IMG/VR virus record: IMGVR_UViG_3300030329_006583
Coordinates: 186,001-250,000 of that record
Strand: one strand, 5' to 3'
Length of the DNA: 64,000 nucleotides
The notes under the pieces were generated by a model, which was not told the origin of the DNA, searched no databases, and was given only the letters and a program-made list of their open reading frames with translations. Made by a program: the position numbers and the translations under genes. Positions 9,561 to 18,387 of this stretch are shown here, piece by piece (the first letter of the stretch is position 1; each line of letters starts with the position of its first letter).

Positions 9561-9809
9561 TTACAGGTAGCATATCCTACCGGTGTTGTCATACACCATT
9601 ACTTTTTCATAATATAGACGCTCACCTAAATGACATATCACTGCGGGTGGAAATAAAAGGTGGGATGAGCTTTCCTCATCATCCGCAAGTTTCATGTAAA
9701 AATTCCCAGTTTGATTATCACCCGACTTTTGAATTTCGGTCATTTCATTCATCACCGGAAATGGGAGGGTAACATCTACCGAGGTTTTGCTAGGTGAATC
9801 TATTATCAA
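9561..9809 (-). CDS. hypothetical protein
   Basis: 82-aa ORF with AAGGA upstream. Confidence 0.55.
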   Translation of the reverse strand: MIIDSPSKTSVDVTLPFPVMNEMTEIQKSGDNQTGNFYMKLADDEESSSHLLFPPAVICHLGERLYYEKVMVYDNTGRICYL

Positions 9810-10116
9810 ATACTTTCCTTAATGTTACTACGGGGAACATGCCGCAGTCCCCCGATTCACTTAAAACTTTAATTAAAGGCCTTTACCCATGTAACGACAT
9901 AAGGCCAAATGTTACCACTCACTTAAATTAATATACCCTTTAATTCCAAAATTTTTAATAAAAATTTTCACATCAATGAAGACACATATTTCATCACTGT
10001 ACTCATACCCGCCATGCACCATGTCACAAACAAAATATTCATTGCAAACACCCCGCATGCAGCAAACACAAGTAACAACAATACTTTAAAAAAAGTGGCA
10101 ATTAATTTTAATAACA

Positions 10117-10398
10117 TCATTCCTCTGTTAAAATGCCGTCCGGTATCAAAAGATCTTTTGGTACATTCGATCCATCACGCATTCTTACCCATAAATCTTC
10201 GTCATCCCATGATACAAAAATAACTTCCTCACGATACAACTGTATAATTTTCTCTACCATCAGGGTTTCTACGTCATCAGAAGGTAATCCCTTGATTTTT
10301 TGCCGTAGTTTATATTCCACCAGATCATATATTTTTGCATTTTCACCTAAGTCATTGTGTACCATATATGTCTCCCGAAGATCTGATATAAATATCAA
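10117..10398 (-). CDS. hypothetical protein
   Basis: 93-aa ORF coupled to the upstream gene. Confidence 0.55.
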   Translation of the reverse strand: MIFISDLRETYMVHNDLGENAKIYDLVEYKLRQKIKGLPSDDVETLMVEKIIQLYREEVIFVSWDDEDLWVRMRDGSNVPKDLLIPDGILTEE

Positions 10399-11000
10399 TC
10401 CCTCGAAGACCTGCGCTGTTTTCTAATCTTACGATGCCATCTTTTCAAAATCTTGTAATGTTTAACAGTTTCATAACACCGACCACCAGGTTTAGGATAA
10501 CGAACACCTGTTACCCATGCGGCTAACCATATTTTTTTACGTGACTTAAATTTGCATTGACGAGTGACTTTTGGAATACGGGTTATTATGTGTTCCATCC
10601 AACCGGCAACGGCAGAGCTAATGTCCAACCTGTTTGTACCATAAGCCTTTTCATATACAGGCCATTGTTGGAGAATCCCAATGGCACGAGGCCTTTTTTT
10701 GCCGCGTCTTAAACGATAATCACCTTTGGCTGAAGGATTATAACCTGACTCCATACAAGCGGCGGCTAATACCATCCCCCTGAGTGATGGAGGAACATCA
10801 TAGCCTTGTTCCAATTTTATAAGGAGATCAATGACTTCGGTGTCTACATATTGAGGCTTTCTAGAACGACAATCATTAATCGCCCAATAACGAATTTCCG
10901 AATATGTAATATCATTGTTAGAAGGTTTGGCGGTTATTGAAAGAGGGAAAAATACACCCAATATAACACAAACAAATAACCCGCGCAAATATAAATTCAA
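10395..11000 (-). CDS. lytic transglycosylase-like (SLT) protein with an N-terminal signal or anchor
   Basis: AACMESGYNPSAKG (catalytic ES) and A.GILQ motifs; hydrophobic N-terminus. Confidence 0.65.
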   Translation of the reverse strand: MNLYLRGLFVCVILGVFFPLSITAKPSNNDITYSEIRYWAINDCRSRKPQYVDTEVIDLLIKLEQGYDVPPSLRGMVLAAACMESGYNPSAKGDYRLRRGKKRPRAIGILQQWPVYEKAYGTNRLDISSAVAGWMEHIITRIPKVTRQCKFKSRKKIWLAAWVTGVRYPKPGGRCYETVKHYKILKRWHRKIRKQRRSSRD

Positions 11001-11126
11001 AACCCAAAGCCCTTGTGTAACTTTTATTTAAATCTAGGATTTTGTAGGCGACTCAACTGCATATGAGTAAAATGTTGGCATAAAACAAAATGTGACCTTT
11101 TACACGCCCAGTCCCAAATCAATCTC

Positions 11127-11324
11127 TTAATCATCAATCTTCATGAGATCACTGGTGGATTTTGATATAACCTCACCATTATCAAACCGAATCTCTGCAA
11201 TCAGGCTTTTGTTGGCAACGCCGCCAACCAACCATGTTGTGTTTGTCGCTTCTCGAATAGTTAAAATCGTACCTTTTAATCCCATATTCAGAATAGGGCA
11301 CACTCTATCACCAGGTCTAAACAT
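11127..11324 (-). CDS. small SH3/KOW-like protein
   Basis: F.PGDRV...G.I...I.F pattern. Confidence 0.5.
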   Translation of the reverse strand: MFRPGDRVCPILNMGLKGTILTIREATNTTWLVGGVANKSLIAEIRFDNGEVISKSTSDLMKIDD

Positions 11325-11335
11325 AAACCACCATT

Positions 11336-11644
11336 TTAACGCATGCTAGGATCTTTGGCTGTTTCCATAAGATCATCCATAAAACTTTTCTTGAGTTTTA
11401 ATAACCGTTCAAATTGTACCTTATTTCGTGATTCTGTATAAAGAGCAGTTGGTTTTTTAATTTCACCATCAATTACCTGTTCCCCAAAATCATAAAATTT
11501 GGAACGTTTTGGTTCAGTACCGTGCGCCAGCGATTCCAACGCACATATAAACATCAAGGTTAAACCCAACACAACACCCCAATAGATGATGCCAGTATTT
11601 ATTCGTAACATAATCCCCCCCCGTGTCGGCATTAAGTATAACAC
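11336..11644 (-). CDS. secreted CglF/GltF-like (gliding motility) protein
   Basis: Signal peptide, then YDFGEQVIDGEIKKP...KVQFERLLKLKKSF..., resembling the myxobacterial CglF pattern as recalled (not searched). Confidence 0.55.
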   Translation of the reverse strand: MLYLMPTRGGIMLRINTGIIYWGVVLGLTLMFICALESLAHGTEPKRSKFYDFGEQVIDGEIKKPTALYTESRNKVQFERLLKLKKSFMDDLMETAKDPSMR

Positions 11645-11703
11645 AATGTGAAATAGTTGTTAACCGACTATTCTAAATATAGTTACATTACGTATTTTTA
11701 TTA

Positions 11704-12360
11704 TTAAAGAGAGGGACTGCCTATTAGAATTTTAGTATGTGCAGACCCATCGCCAAAGCGCTTGGTATACCATCCCTTGGCTTTCTTAAAGATATCGGGT
11801 GCATTAGGATCAGGATGATCACCATGCCAATCAAAATCATCACCAGCCAAAAGGGTACGCACAGCCGATTCACTTTCAATGGCCGGGGCACCTCGTCGAA
11901 GAAGTGCATAAGCCGGCTTACCGGAAACCTCCCCCCACCAATTACCTACCCCACCTATTTCTCCGCCGGCGCGTAATTCGGCACCCTTTTCCTTATATGC
12001 TGCAGATGCAGCCTGTGACCCATCATTTGCAGCACCACCTAATTTATTACCAGCAATGTCTGGTTTACCAAATAAGGCAACATCAATCTCAGGATCCTCA
12101 TCCAGATCCTCCACCATCCAATATCGATAACGATCCAAGCTGTCGGGAGAAGTAATCTTTACATGTCCACCAATGGGTTCATAGGTAGCCTGAACGATGT
12201 CATATAATTCTTGTTTAACAAGCTCTCGTCGTTCATCCCCAGTTTGTAACATTACCCACACACCCTTAGGAAGAACACCTTCAGGTGAAACCTCGGTGCC
12301 CGTAGATGCTTGTTCCACTAGGACCTGGCGAATGAATTGTCTCAAAGTCTCTTGGGTCAC
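11704..12360 (-). CDS. hypothetical protein with a type-B-like leader
   Basis: ETLRQFIRQVLVE at the N-terminus. Confidence 0.7.
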   Translation of the reverse strand: MTQETLRQFIRQVLVEQASTGTEVSPEGVLPKGVWVMLQTGDERRELVKQELYDIVQATYEPIGGHVKITSPDSLDRYRYWMVEDLDEDPEIDVALFGKPDIAGNKLGGAANDGSQAASAAYKEKGAELRAGGEIGGVGNWWGEVSGKPAYALLRRGAPAIESESAVRTLLAGDDFDWHGDHPDPNAPDIFKKAKGWYTKRFGDGSAHTKILIGSPSL

Positions 12361-12361
12361 G

Positions 12362-12955
12362 TTAATCCTCTTCTACGATGCCTGCTTCTTGTGCAATTTT
12401 TAAAACATCAGCCAGTGCCAAAGCAGCGCTGGCAGGACAATGTGTATCGGTCATTTCCATTACTGGACGAATCATCTCATAAGCTTGTGATGGCTCTAGA
12501 ATAAGGGTGTCTCCGGCACGTTTATAAGAATCTGGGCATATGGCCATTTCGGCATTTTCTTCTTTTATCATCGCAAAATCTGAAAGGATTTCTGGGTTCT
12601 CACAATGCCAATTGACATGTGCAGCATAATCGTCTATTGTAACAATTCCATCCTGATCTAGATCAAAATGGTTATAAAGTTCTTCTGGTGAAAGATTGCC
12701 ATCACCATTCGCGTCGGGTGGCCCATGAGAAGCACCATACGTTTCCGTAATCTCCAGGGTTTCTGGTTCCGGGGTTACTTGTGCGGATCCACCCGCCTCC
12801 GAGTGATCAATGGGTTCCACCAGATCATCTCCACCAGCCCAAGCATTTTCAACAGGTTCAACTTCTGCCGGTGAATCAACATCCCAATATTGGTCGGTTA
12901 AATCTTCAAATTCTTCCTTAATGATTCTTCTAAGTTGTCTTTTTGTAATTTTCAT
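12362..12955 (-). CDS. type-A leader protein with an EF-hand pair
   Basis: MKITKRQLRRIIKEE; loops DANGDGNLSPEE and DLDQDGIVTIDD; start re-assigned. Confidence 0.75.
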   Translation of the reverse strand: MKITKRQLRRIIKEEFEDLTDQYWDVDSPAEVEPVENAWAGGDDLVEPIDHSEAGGSAQVTPEPETLEITETYGASHGPPDANGDGNLSPEELYNHFDLDQDGIVTIDDYAAHVNWHCENPEILSDFAMIKEENAEMAICPDSYKRAGDTLILEPSQAYEMIRPVMEMTDTHCPASAALALADVLKIAQEAGIVEED

Positions 12956-12971
12956 TGTATTTTTCTCCGAC

Positions 12972-13280
12972 TCATATCCCAGGTGACATGATATCATCCA
13001 TCCATGTATCGCGCTCCAAGCCCTGGCGTATACCTTCAATGTACACATACAAGGCGAGCGCCTTGTCATCATCGATGCCATCTTTATACGCAGCATACTT
13101 TTCGCGAACTAGTTTGTCTATGACGCCTAGGTTACGCTCGATTTCGCGCCTTTCGCCGCCATCGCTTTTGTCACCGGTAACCGCCCGGGTCTGTGCTTCC
13201 CAATCGGTACCGAGCTGTTCACTGACTCGGGCAACCTCTTCCTTGATGATTCTTCTTAATTGCCTCTTTGTGATTTTCAT
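12972..13280 (-). CDS. type-A leader protein
   Basis: MKITKRQLRRIIKEE. Confidence 0.8.
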   Translation of the reverse strand: MKITKRQLRRIIKEEVARVSEQLGTDWEAQTRAVTGDKSDGGERREIERNLGVIDKLVREKYAAYKDGIDDDKALALYVYIEGIRQGLERDTWMDDIMSPGI

Positions 13281-13289
13281 TGTTTCTTC

Positions 13290-13586
13290 CTATCGCATGG
13301 GGTCATGCATGTGTACTCGCGTAACAGCCTCACCGACACCACCTTCACTCATATCGATCAAACCAGCCGCGATGGCTTTTACTGTCTCACGCACTGTCGA
13401 GGCCTCTACATCTTTACCGCCCTTCTCCAGGAGCTGCGCCAAAAGTTGCAGATCTTTATGGGCATCGTAAAGGCTCTTGAAAGCATCTTCGTGCACTACC
13501 ACGATGCTACGTGCGTACGCTTCCTTGAGAAACCTCTGCTTCTCTTCCTTGATGATTCTTCTTAACTGTCGTTTTGAAATTTTCAT
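13290..13586 (-). CDS. type-A leader protein
   Basis: MKISKRQLRRIIKEE. Confidence 0.8.
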   Translation of the reverse strand: MKISKRQLRRIIKEEKQRFLKEAYARSIVVVHEDAFKSLYDAHKDLQLLAQLLEKGGKDVEASTVRETVKAIAAGLIDMSEGGVGEAVTRVHMHDPMR

Positions 13587-13587
13587 A

Positions 13588-13908
13588 TTATATCACCTTG
13601 GCCCATTGACCATCGTGAAGTTTATTCTCTACTTTGTCAAAACTGCCATGAATTGCCTGCATTATTTCTTCCACTAGCACATCATAGGCTGTGTCTATCT
13701 GTAGTATCCATTCCTCCCTTGTTGACGAGCCAGCAAACATGTCCGGCTGCTGATCAAACAAAGCTTCTTGGTCCTCAGCCCAAAGGCCGGCTATATTCTC
13801 AACTGCCTCTTTAACCTTTTCCTGATAGTATGGATCGAGCTCTTCACGGAGGAGTTTGGCCCTCTCTTCTTTGATAATTCTTTTCAGTTGTCTTTTAGTT
13901 ATTTTCAT
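13588..13908 (-). CDS. type-A leader protein
   Basis: MKITKRQLKRIIKEE. Confidence 0.8.
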   Translation of the reverse strand: MKITKRQLKRIIKEERAKLLREELDPYYQEKVKEAVENIAGLWAEDQEALFDQQPDMFAGSSTREEWILQIDTAYDVLVEEIMQAIHGSFDKVENKLHDGQWAKVI

Positions 13909-13910
13909 TG

Positions 13911-14378
13911 TTACCATTCCTTACACGACCAATACCGTGCTTTTGTTTTTGGTCCTGGGTTATCACAATTGTGCCGAGCATCAAAGCTCTTTTTGGCTTT
14001 TGGATTACTCTTCCTGATCCTGGAATTCGGATCTCCAAACCTGACGACTGTTACATCGTCCTCTTTGGGGCCGTCCTTCACATATACCTTTTTCTGCTTT
14101 TTACCGTATCCGGTTTGTCCTTTACGGATGGCAGTCGGGTTATTAAGCTTTACTTTTCTGCCTTGGTATTCTGCCTCCTTTAAAGGATCACCCTCTACGC
14201 CATCATCTTCTTGTGCAGCCTTCCACGATTTCTCATCGGGATAGTCCTCATCACCTGGCTTCGCCGGCTTTTCTCCGCGCTTTCTCTTGGCATGAATATT
14301 TGCCCAGAGACCCTTCTTTTTTTCTTCTAAAAAGACTTCTCGAATAATTCCCCTGAGTTGTCGCTTGGTGACTTTCAT
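13911..14378 (-). CDS. type-A leader protein with a basic conserved phage domain
   Basis: MKVTKRQLRGIIRE; KKGLWANIHAKRKR and KSFDARHNC...ARYWSCKEW segments. Confidence 0.8.
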   Translation of the reverse strand: MKVTKRQLRGIIREVFLEEKKKGLWANIHAKRKRGEKPAKPGDEDYPDEKSWKAAQEDDGVEGDPLKEAEYQGRKVKLNNPTAIRKGQTGYGKKQKKVYVKDGPKEDDVTVVRFGDPNSRIRKSNPKAKKSFDARHNCDNPGPKTKARYWSCKEW

Positions 14379-14677
14379 AGTTCCATTTCCTGCAAGACCT
14401 GCATGACCAGCTGCTTGAAAGATTTCATTGGACCAACCCTTTTCTCATCCTCGATGCGCCAGACGATGCGCCTAACATCATAAAGAGACGCTTGAATCGC
14501 GTCTTTAATTGCACCTTCAATTGACGCTATAGGGTAGTCCGTATTTCCGCTCTCGATATCCAATGCCAGGTGATCTAAATCATCGAGCACAGTTTCCATA
14601 TCGCTAACAGACTCGCGGACAAGCTTGGCCTTTTCTTCTTTGATGATTCTTCTTAATTGGCGTTTGGTGATTTTCAT
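14375..14677 (-). CDS. type-A leader protein
   Basis: MKITKRQLRRIIKEE; start re-assigned. Confidence 0.8.
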   Translation of the reverse strand: MKITKRQLRRIIKEEKAKLVRESVSDMETVLDDLDHLALDIESGNTDYPIASIEGAIKDAIQASLYDVRRIVWRIEDEKRVGPMKSFKQLVMQVLQEMEL

Positions 14678-15354
14678 GATTTTATCCCTGTGCACAGTAT
14701 TCCATCATTATCCCACTCTCCCACCGGCCATATTTTCCGCCACTGACCTTCGAGCTCTTGTACACGCCAATCACCACCGGTGTTGTCTATAACAATCTCA
14801 TCATCTATGACGTCGACCAGGATATCGGGCCCAAATATTGGAAGTGCCAAATCGTGCACCTCCTGAGCATCCTGTTCTTGCCATGGTTCAACGTGATGGT
14901 GTGCGATGGCTTCTCTAATAATTCTCTTTAGTTGTCGTTTTGTTATTTTCATTTGTTTTCCCTCAGTTCTTCGACGCATGCCTGAGCGTTTCACCAATTC
15001 TTCCCTGTGTTCCGGATCGGGTTGCATGGCCTTAATTTCTTTATCCCTTGCTGCACGTTCCTCTGCGGCTTTTTCGTATTCTTCCTCTGCTTCCATTGCT
15101 TCATGAGCAGCGTCATATTCTTTGTCGATTTCTTTGGCTATCTGATCAGCTGTCATAGTAGCAAACATATGTTGCATGGTGTCGCCGGATGGCCTCACAC
15201 CCCACCTGTATTTGTATGCATCAGAAAACATACCAAGCAAATCATCCTTCTTTTCGGAATCCTCATCGGTAAAGGGTGCAAGAGGAGAATCAACGCCTAA
15301 CGATCGCTGTGCTTCCCTAATGATTCTTTTTAGTTTCTGTTTTGTGATTTTCAT
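14674..15354 (-). CDS. protein with two type-A leaders (N-terminal and internal at 14952)
   Basis: MKITKQKLKRIIRE, then in-frame MKITKRQLKRIIRE preceded by GAGGG. Confidence 0.8.
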   Translation of the reverse strand: MKITKQKLKRIIREAQRSLGVDSPLAPFTDEDSEKKDDLLGMFSDAYKYRWGVRPSGDTMQHMFATMTADQIAKEIDKEYDAAHEAMEAEEEYEKAAEERAARDKEIKAMQPDPEHREELVKRSGMRRRTEGKQMKITKRQLKRIIREAIAHHHVEPWQEQDAQEVHDLALPIFGPDILVDVIDDEIVIDNTGGDWRVQELEGQWRKIWPVGEWDNDGILCTGIKS

Positions 15355-15713
15355 TACATGTCCTCCAGGATTGATTCCGCCGTATCCAATGGGGCTCGTA
15401 CTTTCTCGCCTGCCAAGCCAAGATCATAGGTGAGATCTTTCAATTTGTCTATCGCCATACGAAGAGCATTGGGATTCTGATCGTAGACTACATCTTCAAA
15501 GTCAACATCAGATTCCAGATCTTCAAATGCCTCCCACCCTTTGATCAGGGCATCCACTTGCTCCTGAACCGCAGTACCTAGACTGGCATACGCCTTGGCA
15601 AAAGCGATAAGGGGATCGGAAGGAGAGTCTCCACCAAACCCAAATTGTTCATTGAGGAGCTTGGCTTTCTCTTCCTTGATGATTCTTTTCAATTGTCGTT
15701 TTGTGATTTTCAT
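15354..15713 (-). CDS. type-A leader protein
   Basis: MKITKRQLKRIIKEE. Confidence 0.8.
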   Translation of the reverse strand: MKITKRQLKRIIKEEKAKLLNEQFGFGGDSPSDPLIAFAKAYASLGTAVQEQVDALIKGWEAFEDLESDVDFEDVVYDQNPNALRMAIDKLKDLTYDLGLAGEKVRAPLDTAESILEDM

Positions 15714-15728
15714 TGTTAATTCCTATAA

Positions 15729-16094
15729 TCAGCTCGTAACATATCTCACAGTAGGCGGTGTAGCCGGAACAGCCGTACTATTTTGGGCCGCGGCAGTTAC
15801 ACACCAATGACTGAAACCTGTACTAAACGCAATCCCCTCGGGAAATGCATAACTTCTTTTTACAGATGCAGGACAAAGGAACACCATAGAAGCAGCAGTT
15901 GTCCCGGCCGTAGCGCTAGTAGCGTCAGCTAGTTTAAAATAGACGGCCGTACTATATCCTGTGTTGTCAATCTCCACCATATACAGTGTACCTGCCGCGC
16001 CTGTTGTGTTTTCTACTGCGGTGGCCGCCGCCGCTGTATCCTGAACCAATTTATTAGCTAATGGATTGCTTTGATTAGTAACTGTAACTGCCAT
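15729..16094 (-). CDS. A/T-rich beta protein, probably a virion component (no leader)
   Basis: 121 aa, Ala/Thr-rich; GGAGG SD. Confidence 0.65.
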   Translation of the reverse strand: MAVTVTNQSNPLANKLVQDTAAAATAVENTTGAAGTLYMVEIDNTGYSTAVYFKLADATSATAGTTAASMVFLCPASVKRSYAFPEGIAFSTGFSHWCVTAAAQNSTAVPATPPTVRYVTS

Positions 16095-16147
16095 AACTTA
16101 ATACCCTCCGCCGATTGTAAATAGAAACATGCTTTTTGTAATTTTCA

Positions 16148-16465
16148 CTACCCTATGCTCCCACCCGGATTTCTGCCCACTAATTCGTCCACTGTCACAA
16201 AATAGGCCTCAAGTTGTTTAAAGAAACTATTTAATCTCTCAACTTGCATCCCAAGATCCACAGCCAGTTCATCCCCCGCTTGCACACCCGGCTCACTAGG
16301 ATCTTGAAGACCATATATGCCATTTGCAATTTCCTCAATAGAAGATGCAATACCATCTAGTTCTGCCATCATTGAACCTTCAGTGGAAGCCATAGACTGT
16401 TCTTTTATCAACTTTGTTTTTTCTTCTTTTATGATTCTTCTAAGCTGTCTTTTTGTGATTTTCAT
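16148..16465 (-). CDS. type-A leader protein
   Basis: MKITKRQLRRIIKEE; start re-assigned. Confidence 0.8.
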   Translation of the reverse strand: MKITKRQLRRIIKEEKTKLIKEQSMASTEGSMMAELDGIASSIEEIANGIYGLQDPSEPGVQAGDELAVDLGMQVERLNSFFKQLEAYFVTVDELVGRNPGGSIG

Positions 16466-16466
16466 T

Positions 16467-16679
16467 TTATAGCTCGCCATGTTTAAAGTCTTCCAGAGCC
16501 TCTAAGGCATCGGCACCAGTCATCCAATTTCCCACCAGATAATTAACCAGCTGTTCAGCTGAAACGCCCATCATTTCGAGTTCTTCTAAAATTGCAAAAG
16601 CAGCCTGGCGATTCTCGTTTAAGAGCTTCGACTTCTCTTCCTTAATGATTCTTTTCAATTGTCGTTTTGTAATTTTCAT
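16467..16679 (-). CDS. type-A leader protein
   Basis: MKITKRQLKRIIKEE. Confidence 0.8.
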   Translation of the reverse strand: MKITKRQLKRIIKEEKSKLLNENRQAAFAILEELEMMGVSAEQLVNYLVGNWMTGADALEALEDFKHGEL

Positions 16680-16703
16680 CTTAGTTTCCTTTATTAATAT
16701 TCA

Positions 16704-17048
16704 TTAATCAGCAGTGTGACGATAATAATCCACTTTTACCGACATCCCATCATCCGTCACTGTGTGAGTGTACACCCCTGAAAGTGCGGCATACGGATCC
16801 TTCTTTTGTTGTATTTCAAGATTATTGAAAACATCAACATCACCTTGAGGGATGGGCTGCCCGTCTTTGCGAACATATACCTGTGTACTCCTCACATCAC
16901 CACGATTACGACCATACGGATAACTTACCGAACCACTACCAACAGTCTCATAATGTTGATCCAATAAATCCCGATGTTGAGACCATATATTTTCCTGCAA
17001 AAGTGCTTCCTTAATTATACCTCGCAACTGAGGGATTGTGATTAACAT
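16704..17048 (-). CDS. type-A-like leader protein
   Basis: MLITIPQLRGIIKEALLQE; AGGAG SD. Confidence 0.7.
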   Translation of the reverse strand: MLITIPQLRGIIKEALLQENIWSQHRDLLDQHYETVGSGSVSYPYGRNRGDVRSTQVYVRKDGQPIPQGDVDVFNNLEIQQKKDPYAALSGVYTHTVTDDGMSVKVDYYRHTAD

Positions 17049-17050
17049 TA

Positions 17051-17554
17051 TCAGCTCCTGCGATCCCGAGTGCCCCATCTCCCATAGGAATCATCACGCC
17101 TATCACGATAACTCTGTTTTTTGCCTGACTCAGCACCGGTACGCATACCCAATGATTCATCCTCTTTATCATCATATCCCTGGTGGCCTTCTTCCATATC
17201 GTCCTCTGCCAGGTTTTCTTCAACCAATTGGCGAATTCGTTGGCGTAAAGCGGCCTGCTTATTTAATTTCGCTTTTTCTTCTTTTACTATTTGGCGCAGC
17301 TGCCTCCTACCCAAGGCTCGGCCTCGGCGGCGACGAGACTCATGTTTTTCTCTTTCATGTTCCAGCTCTTCTTCGTGAGCGCGCTCCATCTCTTCCCGAT
17401 CATCCTTAATGTCTTTCTCAAGATTATCAATATGATCCTTGTCATCATCAATGTTTTTACGAAGATTATCCAGCTCATCACTGATGCTATCCTCGGCAAG
17501 GCGCCGAACTTCTTCCTTTACGATTTTTCTCAATTGTCTCTTTGTGATTCTCAT
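17051..17554 (-). CDS. type-A leader protein, highly charged coiled coil
   Basis: MRITKRQLRKIVKEE plus internal RRQLRQIVKEE. Confidence 0.75.
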   Translation of the reverse strand: MRITKRQLRKIVKEEVRRLAEDSISDELDNLRKNIDDDKDHIDNLEKDIKDDREEMERAHEEELEHEREKHESRRRRGRALGRRQLRQIVKEEKAKLNKQAALRQRIRQLVEENLAEDDMEEGHQGYDDKEDESLGMRTGAESGKKQSYRDRRDDSYGRWGTRDRRS

Positions 17555-17844
17555 CCTCTCATTCTCCTTGCCATTCCCAGCTGTTGTCCCACATTTTGCG
17601 CATCAACAGTATCCCCTTGATCCAAATCCTGTTGGCGCTGTTGTGTTAATTTCTTAACTTGATCCGCCGAGGCTTGTTCCTCGTCGACATCATCTCCACT
17701 TAATGAAGTATCCATTCCCATGTCACCCACGGCAAGAAAACCTTCATCATCATCACTTTTCTCCTGGGGGGCTGTATAACCCACAACCTGTTCCCGCAGA
17801 ATCTCCCTTATTACATTTCGCAATCTGTACTCTGTAACTCTCAT
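17551..17844 (-). CDS. type-A-like leader protein
   Basis: MRVTEYRLRNVIREILREQ. Confidence 0.7.
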   Translation of the reverse strand: MRVTEYRLRNVIREILREQVVGYTAPQEKSDDDEGFLAVGDMGMDTSLSGDDVDEEQASADQVKKLTQQRQQDLDQGDTVDAQNVGQQLGMARRMRG

Positions 17845-18152
17845 GCAGTTGTCACCCTACCTATTAACATCATACTGTCACCCTCCGTATCGCCACCTAT
17901 AATTACGGAGCGTATCTTTTGGCACAATCCCTTTACCCATTCTTTCAAACCCAATCGTTTTGTGGGTACCGGAATTTGCATACATTGTTTGGTATAGGCT
18001 TTCATAATAAAACGGGCGGCCAAACGAGAACCATATTTTTTAGCAATTACATGAACAATTTGTTGGGTTTTTGGGTTTAACTCAACAAACATCTCACGTA
18101 ATTCTGACCTGGTTGGCAATTGCCTGTTTTTCATTTTATTCACCGTAATCAC
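17841..18152 (-). CDS. hypothetical basic protein
   Basis: 103-aa ORF inside the array, no clear leader. Confidence 0.5.
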   Translation of the reverse strand: MITVNKMKNRQLPTRSELREMFVELNPKTQQIVHVIAKKYGSRLAARFIMKAYTKQCMQIPVPTKRLGLKEWVKGLCQKIRSVIIGGDTEGDSMMLIGRVTTA

Positions 18153-18387
18153 TTATCAACTCGCTGGCATTTTGTTTGCGGGCCCTATCTGCTGCGGCTT
18201 GTAAAAAATCAGCCATAGTAATACCAGCTAACGCCGGTGCTTGTTCCACCGAGATGTCATCGCGTACTAGTCGAATGGCCTCATCTAAATACATGTGGAA
18301 AATATCGGTAACATGATCCCGAGCTGCCTCAGTGTTAAATTGTTCATGAATTATTTTTTGAAGTTGTTTACGAGTAATTTTCATCAT
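18136..18387 (-). CDS. type-A leader protein
   Basis: MMKITRKQLQKIIHEQ; GAGG SD. Confidence 0.75.
   Translation of the reverse strand: MMKITRKQLQKIIHEQFNTEAARDHVTDIFHMYLDEAIRLVRDDISVEQAPALAGITMADFLQAAADRARKQNASELISDYGE

Noticed and set aside
12362-18387. CRISPR array or diversity-generating retroelement behind the repeated leader DNA
   Set aside because: The repeats are degenerate, protein-coding and unevenly spaced; there is no cas gene, reverse transcriptase or TR/VR pair in view.
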